Source: Nitrosopumilaceae archaeon (GTDB lineage Archaea; Thermoproteota; Nitrososphaeria; Nitrososphaerales; Nitrosopumilaceae). Taken from it: DNA of 64,000 bases. Below are positions 39,760 to 52,000 of the stretch, piece after piece. Positions within the stretch are counted from its first letter, which is position 1; each line of letters opens with the position of its first letter. The notes under the pieces were generated by a model. It was not told the origin of the DNA. It did not search any database and was given only the letters and a program-made list of their open reading frames with translations. The position numbers and the translations under genes were made by a program. The DNA lies in NCBI GenBank assembly GCA_965207375.1, contig CBDBMG010000002.1, forward strand, positions 576,001-640,000. The letters are read 5' to 3'.

Positions 39760-40280
39760 TGTGTTGTGTGGTACATTAGTAGGAATCTTGCTAGTGTGAT
39801 ACCTAACATAAGGGCCGTCCCCATTTTCTTTGTTGCTTGTTTGACCTCTTGCAGTGCTCGCTCTGCAGCCCCATTTGATGCTGGGTGGTAAGCTGGGATG
39901 CACACATTCTTAATGCCATTTTTCTTACAGAAAGTGATAAATTCTGTTGCCACAAATTGAGGTCCATTGTCACTGATGATTTCTTTCGGCAGCCCAAAAC
40001 TAGCAAAGAGTCTCCTTAATGCTTCTATGGTTGTTGCAACTATTGCTGTCCTCAATGGAATAGCCTCAATCCATTTTGAATGTATATCAATGATAACCAA
40101 TACTTGATATCCCTCTATTTCCACATAGTCAATATGAATTCTTTGCATTGGACGATTTGCCCATGGCCTACTATGCAACGGGGCCTTTGGTGGCAAGCTA
40201 CGTTGTGCTGCACAGTTTTCACAAGTACGCAGTACCCACCACCTCTTCTATGTCCTGATTTACTTTGTACCACCACACAT
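39760..40280 (-). pseudogene. Gypsy integrase core fragment
   Basis: RIHIDY, IDIHSKWIE, FGLPKEIISDNGPQF, YHPASNGAAER, FLLMYHTT. Confidence 0.9.
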
Positions 40281-40929
40281 AGCTACGAGCTAGTAATACC
40301 AGGGATTTCCAACCCCTGGTTTTAGCGCCATCATATTAAAAAGCAGTATGGTAATGTGAGCTTAGTGTAAATTTTAGCTTACGTGCCACTGCAACGAAGC
40401 GCATTCAACACCCTTTCAAGTAATTTATATTTGACGAAATTCCATCAAATAATTATGCTGAAAATAATATTTATAAATACTGTTTCTAATTCTTCATTGA
40501 TAAATCAATGGAAAACTTTGGTACGAAAAGGGACCGTTATTTTAATAGAGAACGCGCGGCACCATTACAAGGTTTCTTTGTATCCGGTTGACGCAAATTT
40601 TTAGCAAGGTGAGAAAGAATGTAATGTATTCTAAGCAAATCAGGGGTGCTGATTTCAAATTTTCTATCTGTTTTGATGCTTAGTGGAGTATATTTTTATT
40701 ATACAAGTAAAAAATCTAATAAATAATTGCAATGCGGTTGGATAGCCAAGTTTTTGGAACATTTAACAACCATTTTTAACATTGGTAACCTCCATTTTGT
40801 ATATGCAATGACATATTGGTGTTGTTAGAGCAGTAATTTTGCGAGCTAGGGCAAGTGAGTGGTTATGTAAAATTAAATACATGCACATGTGAGCAGTTGT
40901 AGAGGTTTTAATGAGTTGTTGTTATTCTT

Positions 40930-41528
40930 CTATATAATAGTTAGACGCCAAGACCAAGGGAACTAAGCGATTTAGTAACCCGATGGCCCGAGGCTGTAGC
41001 GTCCCGAGCACAGTGAGGGTGCTACTAAGGGCCTGAGGGTTACTAAATCGCTTAGTTCCCATTGGTCACACCGTTTGACTTATTTAGACTGAACAAGAAT
41101 CACATAGCAACAGTTTCAAAGTACCTTTAATAAGTATGGAAAAGGAATTTGACGAGTTTCTTAGTGAAGAGCTGTTAGACTTTTGTTCCTATGGCAGCCG
41201 CGAGAATAATTTGGCCTTTAGCGCTACTAATAGGTGTGAAGAATTGGACGCGTTTACCAAGTTAACTAGCAAAGAAGTTGAAGAATACCTTACACAACAC
41301 AATGATGATTATTGCAGCACTAGCGAGACAAATGCACTGTCCATCGAATTGTCCCAGGGCCCAAGCCATACCAGCAAGTCTAGTCAAAAATTTGCCACGC
41401 CCAAGAGCGATAATGAAGTTGCGGAAGCACGTAAGTCTGGAGTACCAGCTAAGACACAAATAGATACTGACTGGTGTTTTTCCATCTGGGAAGAGTGGCG
41501 AAATTATTATAATATAAACTATTCTTAA
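40930..41528 (+). mobile_element. Crypton (CryptonA/DUF3504-type) 5' fragment nested in the TIR element
   Basis: Hairpin GACCAAGGGAACTAAGCGATTTAGTAACCC...GGGTTACTAAATCGCTTAGTTCCCATTGGTC, then an ORF with KFA..SDNEV....VPAKTQIDTDWCFSIWEEW. Confidence 0.7.
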
Positions 41529-41560
41529 TAATATTATGATAAATTGCCTGAAGGCAGGGA

Positions 41561-41655
41561 ACTAAGTGAACATGTGTAGGTGACTAAGTGAACATGTGTA
41601 GGTGACTAAGTGAACATGTGTAGGTGACTAAGTGAACATGCAGGTGACTAAGTGA
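41561..41655. repeat. 22-bp tandem repeat, about 4 copies
   Basis: ACTAAGTGAACATGTGTAGGTG repeated. Confidence 0.92.
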
Positions 41656-42348
41656 TTTAGTGAACCTCTAAATTCACTGTACTATAGTCTAAGTATAATA
41701 TGTATATGTACATTCATTTAGCTGGCTATGTAGGGTGTAATCATAACAATTTTAAAAGCAAGATGCAACAAAGTGATTTCCTAGGGATGGTCACTTTTAG
41801 AGGTGGTCATTATTACATATTTTTGTGTTATTATGGAAAAAATATATACATTTTCATTATTTTAGCTTCATGTGAGCACAATTATGCTTACTGTAATTTT
41901 GGTGTTTAAGGTGATTTGGTGCCATTTATGCACAAGAAATTGTGTAGAAATTTTTTTGTACAGAAAAATATTGTACCACCGTGATCTTTTTCTTCAGGAG
42001 TGAGCTATGGAGCTGAAATTTTCACCAAAACGATCAGCAAAGAACACAGAATGAAACCAATCATTAAACCACAAAGAATTCTAAATATTTAATTTTGGTT
42101 GGAAATCCCTAGTAATACATTGTATTATTATAATTACTATATGCGTTTCCGATCCATGCTACCTATATTATAACATGGGTACGCCCCTAATTAGGGAAGA
42201 TAACAAACTAGACAGCACTGAGGTTAAATTAATAATCAAACCTGACCTGCTCTATATGACTTGCAGATGCCGTTAAACTGATGCTACCATCTGCGTGTGC
42301 TGCAGTGTTATGATATTCACCGGGATCTCTTGCTGCAAGGGCATTAGT

Positions 42349-42573
42349 TCAACTCGCTACGATTGTGACAACCGTGACTCTGGGCAGTGGGTGCACTTTC
42401 AACTGTCTGATATAATGCAATGCACTTTTTAAGGTGGATACCCTACTCTGCCTATTCTGTGATCTTCGACCATGCAGATGAGCACCTAGGCGTGGAACTT
42501 TTGATGCCGATAAGTCGTATAGTGGGGCGAGCCTTGCTACTGTTTTCCATACCATTCTATTCTTTTTGATATT
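42349..42573 (-). pseudogene. Atypical bHLH copy 2, basic region degenerate
   Basis: VARLAPLYDLSASKVPRLGAHLHGRRSQNRQSRVSTLKSALHYIRQL aligns with copy 1. Confidence 0.6.
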
Positions 42574-43124
42574 ACTGGCTCCAAGCTGGTTTTTGACCAG
42601 CTGGTAGCCAGCTGACTATGGTCAAAACCAGCTGAATACATAGCAAGCTGGCTGCTGACAATTGCAACTTGTGCAAGTAACACAAATGGAGTGGAAATAC
42701 TTTGCGTTTCTACAATTAATTGTTTTAGAAAGTACTTTTGCATTATGATCTACATATCTGTTCACAGGTGCACTTGATTAGCAGCTCTGCTGGACTCAAC
42801 CTGATTTAAATTCTGCCCCCCTCTATTGTTTATAGTGGGATATATTATAAGTTAGATGGGTAAATTTGCTGTTCTTCTATGGTATAAATAATACATGCCT
42901 TGTGTAATAAATATACGCCATACAGGCGAATTCAGGATTGTTTAAGGGGGAATCTGGAGACAATGGTAATGTACAAACCATATTATATACATATCTAATA
43001 TAAATTCTGCACATCCCTCATGCTGGATATTAACACTTGACATTAACAAAACCCTTTAAAGCTGGAAATACACTTTTATCCTGTTATTTTAACAGGTATG
43101 TGGTTGAAATTGACACACGCTCTG

Positions 43125-43584
43125 TTGTTTTGGGGTGAGCCTCAGTGATCCCCACACTAGCGAGTCATTTCATGCAATCGACCGTGTACAAAAATCAACC
43201 ATCTCACAATAAATAACGTGACAGATTAACAATCCAATGATGGTTTGTGCAATCACGATAAATTACACCATAGATTACTGACAATTCAAATAGACTACTA
43301 CTCAAAATAATGCATATCACACGCGTTTATTAGAGGAATTATGGAACGTGACGACAGACTAAGATGAAGAAGAGAACAGTATAGATTACGACGCTTATTC
43401 ACCATCCCTTGGTTGGTTTGGTAGACACCTCTCATGGAGGGTTGGGCTGGCTGGAGTGGACGGGTAGCTTTTACAACTCTGTGTTGTTTAATGTATGTTG
43501 TTTAAATATCTATGTTTAATGTAACAATTATGTGAGTCGTTCTATATCTCAGGCTCACCCCCTATGCTGTTGGCATCTATCTAG
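43125..43584 (+). mobile_element. Helentron/Helitron-like non-autonomous element
   Basis: Subterminal inverted repeats GGGGTGAGCCT / AGGCTCACCCC, 3' mini-hairpin ATGC..GCAT, end CTAG followed by T, no TSD. Confidence 0.65.
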
Positions 43585-43665
43585 TTGTAGTACTGAAAAC
43601 ATCTGTTGTGTGCAATAATGACATAATGAGTAACTTATGCTACATAATTATTTTATTCTTTACAG

Positions 43666-44581
43666 GACTGCAAAGACTACAATGCTGTACTGTTCATATT
43701 CACAACCCACTCTCCAATGAAATTATTATTAAAAAGTTTCAGGTGTAGGTGTATGCTTCCTCAAAGCAGAGAAGTACCCTCTTCATCATTCTTCTATATG
43801 TAATCTTCTTTTAAGAGAAAAGAAATGGTTACCACCACCTGGTTCATTTATAGACCCGGGCTCAAAAGAGACTATACGGTGTTATGTGTATAAATTTGAT
43901 CAGACAACCAGATGTTCAGATGCCTCTATAGATTGGGTTAATGTTTATCTTGAAAGAAAGCTGATCAATTTACCTTCTGTTGGTCTAGCCAGAAATGTTG
44001 CTTGGTCATTTTTTTCTCTTGTGGAAAACATGGATTACGATTAAAAAATAAGTCCAGATGATTTACAATTACATCAGAGCTATGTTTACCAAACACCAGA
44101 TATAGAGGAGGAATGTGTGCAAGCCCTTGTCTTTACAATACACGACCATTACAAACCAGACGGAGATGAAATTAAAATTTTTAATCCAGGCAATCAAGAT
44201 CACTACTTCCAATTCTCTGGTGGTGGGGACATTTATATTGGGAAGCAGAAAGAATTGCTCGTGATTTATAGCGAACCGGAACTGTCCAAGGATGTTACAT
44301 TGTCTCCTACAGATGATTCAGAGTCTGTATCAGGTTTAACAATTGAAGAGGAAAGGGGCAATCACAGCCAAGAGAGTTTACAGTCTCAGCTAGTTGCTAA
44401 TAGCACCCTCGCCTGTGTGTCAATATTTATAAACAAATGCAAATTGGAGTACGATGCAGATTATATTAAGAATGTGACAAAGATATCGGGATACAGTTCA
44501 CTTTGCAATGATTCAAATTCTTGTCCTAGTTTAGCAGTAAATGTCACTTCGTTTTCTGGGAATCCTAATTTTATACTATGA
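43666..44581 (+). pseudogene. Unidentified coding-like exon with stops or frameshifts
   Basis: Acceptor TTCTTTACAG at ~43665, protein-like composition, 154-aa open stretch at 44117-44581. No family recognised. Confidence 0.3.
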
Positions 44582-44891
44582 AATAGTTTAGGACTTTAGG
44601 AACCTCATTATCTCTCAAAAATCATAAGCTTAATAGCTAATGGTCAGTAGCTACAGGGTCTATGGTACAAAATTCTAGTGATCAGTGGAACCAGCTGTGA
44701 GTCCCGCCACTTTAAATATTAGGGACGAAAAGCCTCATTGAGGCTTCCTGGTTTTTTGGTTATAGATGTGTGTGTACAATGTATCACGTGATTACCTGTC
44801 TTATTGATTACTTCCTAAATAATGTACATCATCACTGTTAGAAGAAAAATCAATAATCATTGCAGATGCTATATACTAAGAATACGACTTA

Positions 44892-45552
44892 CCGTATGGC
44901 TCCAAAGTTTCGTGAGATAATATTTTCGTGAATTTCGGTAGTGGCTTGCAAGTCACGAAAATATTAGTCTCGAAATTTTTTGTTTCAACTGGACTGAGAC
45001 ACGTGGTTCCCTATGAGCTAGTTTAAATACTTTAAGCCGTTGTCAATATTTTAAGCCGTTGTCAATACTTACTGTTCCGTCGAGCTCCATAGCTGTAGCT
45101 AATCAGAAATCTTAGCAACTGGCGGTGACCATCCGAAGTCTGCATCATCAACCACTCGAGCAGTACAAGCACCCTATGCTAAATTCAATCCGAAACAAAA
45201 GGCAACTGTTGGAATTACGCTGTATCAAATGGAACTGCTAATTTACGGCGTTTCAAGACTAAATTTTGCAAATTGAAATGGTCGATACCCAGCAGTATTC
45301 GTGGTTGCTCGACAGATTTTCCTACAACACCGGTACTTTAATAGCACAGAAAGTTATATTATTTGACCAATCATTCAGTAAACATAGTCGGCATATATAC
45401 CTCAATTGACAGCAAATATCCTCATGCCGGCCTCTCTAATAATTTCACAAAATTTTTGCTAATTCACGAAATTTTTATTCCGAAAATTTACTTTTCCAAG
45501 ATTTTGGGCTTTCCACGAAATTTTTTTACTACGAAAATTTGGAGCCATAAGG
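44892..45552. mobile_element. pogo/Tc1-mariner-type non-autonomous element with TA TSD
   Basis: TA|CCGTATGGCTCCAAAGTTTCGTG ... ACGAAAATTTGGAGCCATAAGG|TA, subterminal TTCG/CGAA motifs, internal YAKFNPKQKATVG remnant. Confidence 0.85.
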
Positions 45553-46189
45553 TAAGTCAAAGATTTTTCATTCACTCTTGAATAACTAGCAAGACCACAG
45601 CAACAATACAAGACCACTTTGCATTACTTCTTCTAACAATTAATCCTTGTAATAATTAAACACTTGTAATAATGATTTTTCTGACAATGAATTTTCTTTA
45701 ATAATTAAAAATAATGATGTTTCTTCAAACAATACAAAATAACACGGGTAGTTTAGGGAAGCATAAGTTGGATTATATTAAGGCAGTTGTCAAATCCTGA
45801 GTGCCAAACATGCTGGAGATTACTTTTGAGGGAATCTGGAGCAAATGTTGCATGTCTTTGTCCCAGTCATGCCAGACATTGTGAACAACTGCTAAGAAAA
45901 ATCCTAAGTTAAAAAAGCTACAAAACCAATTGATCACTAGTGATATTAATACAAATTCGTTGTATGCTATAATATTATTATCAAATTATATTACTGTTTT
46001 AATAACTCACTACCAGCAATTTAAAGGGCGAAATTGGCAAACAACCCTGCAATAAGTATAAGTAATTAATAGAAGTTTAGTTCTTTAGCTTTCTTCTTAA
46101 CAAAACTAAAGCTATTTTGCTTCAATGTTGTTCACGTGTGATCACTAACAATAAATTCCTGATTTAATCAGCTGTTTAAATGGGGTGAA

Positions 46190-47600
46190 AGGAAGCCAGA
46201 TACTGGGTTTAAAAACCCCACCTTTTTGTCTTGAATGCACTGGAAGTGATAATAAATTTACTGTAGAACAAGTTCTGTTACGGTGGAAGTATATTTACAC
46301 TGAATGTAAGAAGAGGAATATCTTGGCTACCAGCTTTAGTGAGATTGCAGAATAATGAAGGCAATGAAACTTACTGTTTCATTGCTTTGCTTTTCAAATG
46401 ACCCACTAAAAGCTGAGGTGATATCAATTTCCAAACAAGAACAAGTTGTGATTCCTGAAGCATGGAGAGCATGGCTTCACAATGAGATTAAATCAGATGT
46501 TGTGTATGTTCAAGACATTGTGCATATAAGAGTAAAACTAAAGGTTAGGTTACTGAAACCTTCTATTGTTTTGCCAATGGGACCCCATTATCTGGCATCT
46601 GGAAATCATGTTCACCTGATCAGAATGGCTTTTGGAAAAGATCAACACAATTTGAGAGAACGTGATGTGAACCACAGGGATAGCATGTTGTTGGTGCACT
46701 ACATTTATTTAAAAAGATTCCTGAAGCACTTGGCACATGTTATTATGTTGAAATCATTCAAAATGTTGTTGATAGCTACTTAGATAAAAAAGCTTAACTC
46801 CATTAGAAAGAATAGAGATCTGGTATGTTACTTTTTTGTTGGATATTGGTGACAGTGAGTTATTCACAGTAAGGGTTTTAATTTGAAAAACAATTTTATT
46901 ACCCAGAATGCCTATTTGTGCATTGAAATTAATGCTCATGCACTTATCCAGCTCTCGTGCATCATTAAGGATTGTAACACTACTGATGAAGCTGCAATTG
47001 TATTTTTCATGGCAACTTGGCTCTCAAGCCTGTGAAAGAACATTTCGGACTGTTAGAAGAATGAGTACAGTGTTTTCATCTGTTTAAATTCTGACATGCT
47101 TGCTTTGCTACACAAGCTGCATAGGCTACATGTACAGGCTTTATCGCAAGCAGATTCTGAAAATTCTTACATCACATTTCCAAGAAATGAGAAGAACCAA
47201 GCAAAGGATTGGTAAGAATAAGAGTTGTGAGGAGAGAATATTTCTGATAAAAATAAAGCAAGATAAAGCAAGAGCAGCTATATCAACATTAGCAATGAAG
47301 CGAGCTACTAGTAAAGCTTCCAAATTTGATATGTCTAGGTGTGATGAACAGGAGAGTCTAGAAGATGATGATAATAACAGTGATGTGGATGAAGAAGACA
47401 AAATTAATGCAAAGGAGCAAGAAGCTGTGTTATGGTATGAGGAAGATCCAGATATTGATTTACAACAATTGTGTAAACAAGACATTGTAGATGACTATAC
47501 AATGCAGAAGTTTCATGAACTCAAAAAATCAATTGCTCCAAAGAAAGTGTCATCCTCAGTAATGCCTATATATTATCCCTCAGAAACTGATAAAAAAGCA
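46190..47600 (+). pseudogene. P-element-like transposase remnant
   Basis: QDIVHIRVKLKVRLL, LRERDVNHRD, FITQNAYLCIEINAHAL, LGSQACERTFR. Many frameshifts. Confidence 0.65.
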
Positions 47601-49818
47601 GCGGGTAGCGTTAGTTACCAATTAATCGGCAGAAAAAGCGACCCAATTTTTTCACCTGTTAGAATACCTTATAGAGCGCACAGTAGCCTCGATACAAGTA
47701 GAATATGTAGAATAATGCAATGACGTATAATTCCCACAAAGCAAATCGATGATGTAATAATTGCAACCTCAAATATTTTGTGCGAAATCAATTATCATAT
47801 CTCGCATCAGTTATCGTTTCCACATAGGCTATAATACATCTATTATTAATCGACATAGCCAGCAGTACATTGTAAGAAAATCAACCTTACCATTATTCTT
47901 TGTACTTGCATATTAGTTTTATTATCTTTCCTGTATAAAGTGATTGTTCATGGATCTGTTTTTGTTCCACTTGCAAACAAAGGATAGCAATACGCATGCG
48001 TATGCGCACTCGTGATTATCACAGGATGGTGACAGAAACCAACTTTTGAGCCTGTTTCTTTTATAACACGTCTTAATATTGGTTAGCAAACCTACAGTTG
48101 CGGACAAAAAAGTTCCCAGGTTCAACGCAAGATAATGACAACGCAAACCATATGGTCCGCATCAAAAACGTTGCTTCAGGTGAACTTGAAGAAAAGATTA
48201 CTTGTAAATTCCGTTACCCTTATTAGCGTCAGTCGAAAATTGATGCAGCCCCAAACCTATATAGCCGTTATTGTAGGCCACCCTCGCTCAGCCATCATAG
48301 TTCATCAGTTATTTTATATTTCACCTCAAAAACAACTTTCGAGGTGACGATAGCCGCTGCACTCCAAGTTACGGCATGCAACTTACCCAATTCAATTTAA
48401 GCTCTGCCAACATTAAACACACAAGAACCATCATAGAGATGTGCCATAAGTCGGTGTTTTACGAATTTCGTAATTTTAATACTTGAAAGATTCCTGTGTA
48501 GTTCGTCGTGGTGTGGTCGTGGTTTCTGGTTTCCATAACAAAGAGTCACAGAACAGTGCTGAATGCATCAAAGAAGAAACTAGCAGGTTAGAATTTTACA
48601 AGGAGAAAATATTTATATAGTTGTGTCTAAAACAATACTGTTTGGTGTTTTGGAATGATGAGGATGCAGTTACTGTTATACCAGCCATAAATGTGAAAGA
48701 AGCAGTAGTAGGTGAAATTAGGGAGGTCACGATGGGGAAAAATACTTACAGTGGAAGATACGTAGCTAACCAAGTACATAAGAGCAACAGGTGTACTATT
48801 TATCGCTTCCAAATGTAAGCAATACATCAATGTTATGTGAAAGAGATTTGTAGCTATAATGTGATTCATATGCTTTACATGGGAACTATAAGCAGAAAAT
48901 TAATATATCATTAATTAACTAGGTATCAGTTGTGAAACTCCCAGCTCTTACCTGTTGATATTGCTAGCTAAATATTGACCCTATCAAGTTATCTTATCTT
49001 ATGCTGTGTGGGATGATGGGCACCCAAGGCTTGCAAGCTTGCTATGGTATAAGGGCTATGTAATTATTCCGTCCTGCCATGGGTTAGCTTTGTTACATGA
49101 TCTTGATCACGTGACTTGCCAAGTACTGCCATGGCTACCTGGCCCTTACCCTGTTTAAGTGCCCAGGGCAAACTTATTCCACAGAACTAAAAGCTTCGGA
49201 CTATGGCCCATGTCACATTAACCACTCTGTTAACGAGTCGGTTAATGGAGAATGGGGAAGGGTGGGAGGGGGCAAAAGTTCACTTCAACTTCAGGGGTCT
49301 GTTTAGTAACTAGCAGAAAATGCGGGCTACCTCTGATATTTATGGTATGTATAGAATGTGTTTACTGTACTGTGAGGCCTGCCCTCTAATAAGACACTGG
49401 GATTTTACTGTATATGAAGAATTTGATACTGTGCTGTAATTCCCTCTCTCCTACTAGGTCAGTCTTCTGACCACCATGGACAACCTGCTAGTTAACCCTG
49501 TTTAACCTTAACCTGTGGTTAAACTTCGATTAATATAATAATCTAAGCCTAAAGTTCATGTGATGAATGCAGTAATCAAAAAAGCATATTATGTACATAT
49601 AACCAAGCCTCACTCTAATGCTATACATACGTAGGCAGCAAACAGGAGATGGATCGGCTAGAACAATTGTTTATGGAAGAAAAGTTTCATCCCCTTGATC
49701 CAGAGCTTCCACCAATATCAGAACTTTCAGGGCTCCCATTAAGTAAGGATCTACAAAGGAAAAGGAGAAAGTGAAAATTAGGTATGGCAAGTTTTTGGAT
49801 GGTACAACATCAACTTGT

Positions 49819-49914
49819 TGTTGCTGAGATATATATCCCAACTTCTTAAAAAATGATGCCATTTTCCCTTCATTTGATAAATGAAATGAATATCAGAGCC
49901 TGTAATTAGCAGCT
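49819..49914. repeat. ~96-bp direct repeat, second copy at 52726-52822
   Basis: TGTTGCTGAGATATATATCCCAACTTC...AATTAGCAGCT present twice with a few substitutions. Confidence 0.9.
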
Positions 49915-51592
49915 GTAACATGCACTGACTGTATTATAATAATATGCATTGTATGTATATATGGTGGGCTACTTATGTTATGCACACGTGTGTATTGTTG
50001 TCGCACATGGTGTCAGAAGTGACTATCTTTTGCGATGGCTACAATGAATCTACAGCTCCAAGGACCACTTTGTTTTAACAAAATGGAGGACTGGCCGAAA
50101 TGGTTACACCAATTTGAGTAGTATCGTTTAGCGTTGGGTTTGTCAGAAAAAGGAGAGGAGTGTCAAGTAAGTACCCTTCTTTACTGTCTGGGAGAGAATG
50201 CAGTGGATGTATTTGACACTACATGCATATCAGCGGAGAACAAGAAGTATAGTAGAGTTGTCGAAGAGTTTGACAATTATTTCAAAGTTCGAAAGAACAT
50301 TATTTATGAATGTGTGCATTTCAATAAAAGAAACCAGCTGCCTAACAAGCCCGTGGAACAGTTCATCACAGAGGTACATGGGCTAGGTGATAATTGCGAA
50401 TTTGGCGAGATGAAAAAAGACCACATTAGAGATTGCTTGGTGGTGGGAATTCGAGACTACTCCCTCTCCGAGCGATTACAGATGGAACCAGACCTCACAT
50501 TGAATAAGGCCAAACGGCTAATCCGCCAGAGAGATGCGGTAAAAGAACAACAGGACACACTGAAGATATCAATGAAGGAAGAAGGCACTCATGATGCTGT
50601 AAGCCAAAGAACCCCTAGAAGGATCTTACCTACAATTTCATCAGCAGTACCCCCACCATTTATACCATCTTGAAGTTGGAGAATATGTGGTAAGGGTAGC
50701 CATCCCCGACAATCCTGCCCAGCTAGGGATGTAACATGCATCCAATGTAATCGGAGAGGCCATTATAGCACTCAATGCCAGTCTACCACAGTAGCAGAAC
50801 TAACAACAAAAGAGAACCAAACTGAAGTCTTGCATGCAGAAACAGCTTATCTCAACACAATAGAAGGCACTTATGGGAGATCAAGATTGAAATCAAAGAT
50901 AAACATGTACCCTTTAAGGTCGACACAGGTGCAGAGGTTACCATACTGTCAGACTAAACATGGAACATCTTAAGCTCTTCTCACCCCTGAAGGAAACAGA
51001 AACATCACTTTGTGGCCCAGATCAGTCTTATTTAAAGGTTCTGGGAGAGACTACACTTTCTCTTTCATATTAAGGGAAATCCAGCACTTAACGCGTGTTT
51101 ATTGTCAAACAATCCTTTAGGACTCCCAACCATTAGGGCATTACAGTTGTTGTCGAATGTATGTTCAGTCGATAAAAGTATTATTTCACAGTACCCCTCG
51201 CTATTCACAGGCCTAGGTAAATTTGGGCAAGAGTATACAATTAAGTTGAAACCAATCTCCAGCCATTCACATTATATGCCCCACGAAATATCCCCCTCCC
51301 CATGGGGACGAAGGTGCAAACAGAATTACAGTGTATGCAAAGCTTAGGAGTCATTTTGCCTGTGGAGGAGCCCACACCTTGGTGTGCAGCAAAGGTTGTT
51401 ATTCCCAAAGACTCTGGAGCAGTATGAATTTGTGTTGATCTAAAGCCCCTTAATGAAAGTGTCCTGTGCAAAGTACATCCTATGGATACAACACTAGCAC
51501 AGTTATCAGGAGCCAGTAAACTTGATGTTCCCTCTCTGAGCGATTACAGATGGAACCAGACCTCACACTGGATAAAGCCAAACGGCTAATCA
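49914..51592 (+). mobile_element. Gypsy/Ty3 LTR retrotransposon, truncated pseudogene
   Basis: TG..CA segment ending at 50007, PBS TGGTGTCAGAAGTG at 50008-50021 (tRNA-Leu-like). WPKW..F, IRDCLVVGIRD, C..CNRRGHYSTQC, VDTGAEV, WCA..VVIPKD..CVDLKPLN. Confidence 0.88.
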
Positions 51593-51914
51593 GTAGATTA
51601 ATATCATGTGGCTTTACTAGTGCGGGTGCTGGCCAGAAATTGAGCATATCAGCTGTTGTATTACAATATGCTATATAAGTTGAAGTGTGTGACCCAGCAA
51701 ATGATCATCGGTTAGCTAGCTACTGATAACTAATATTTTTGGCAAAGTAGATCTCCGACTTTTTCAATCCCGAGAGTTCATAATCCTATGTTTAGCTAAC
51801 ATACAGTTATGCAGTACAACAAATACAACAACATTTAATAACTACATATACAAAACCAAACGATTCCTCCAAAGATCATACATATATTTACTTAAAATAC
51901 CCTCCATGTCCTTT

Positions 51915-52000
51915 ACGGGACAGTTTTAAGTCACCTTTTCCCCCTATACTACAGGAAAGTTTTAAGTCACCTTTTCCCCTATACTACGGGAAAGTTTTAA
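51915..52000. repeat. ~37-bp tandem repeat, about 2.3 copies
   Basis: AGTTTTAAGTCACCTTTTCCCCTATACTAC(A/G)GGAA repeated. Confidence 0.8.

Larger units (their letters stand above)
40300..42111. mobile_element. 1.8-kb non-autonomous TIR element (hAT- or P-like)
   Basis: CAGGGATTTCCAACC ... GGTTGGAAATCCCT(A). Flanking duplication (A)GTAATAC at 40292-40299 and 42111-42118 (7-8 bp). Confidence 0.8.

Noticed and set aside
50008-50021. tRNA gene
   Set aside because: Only a 14-nt primer-binding-site complement; no cloverleaf.
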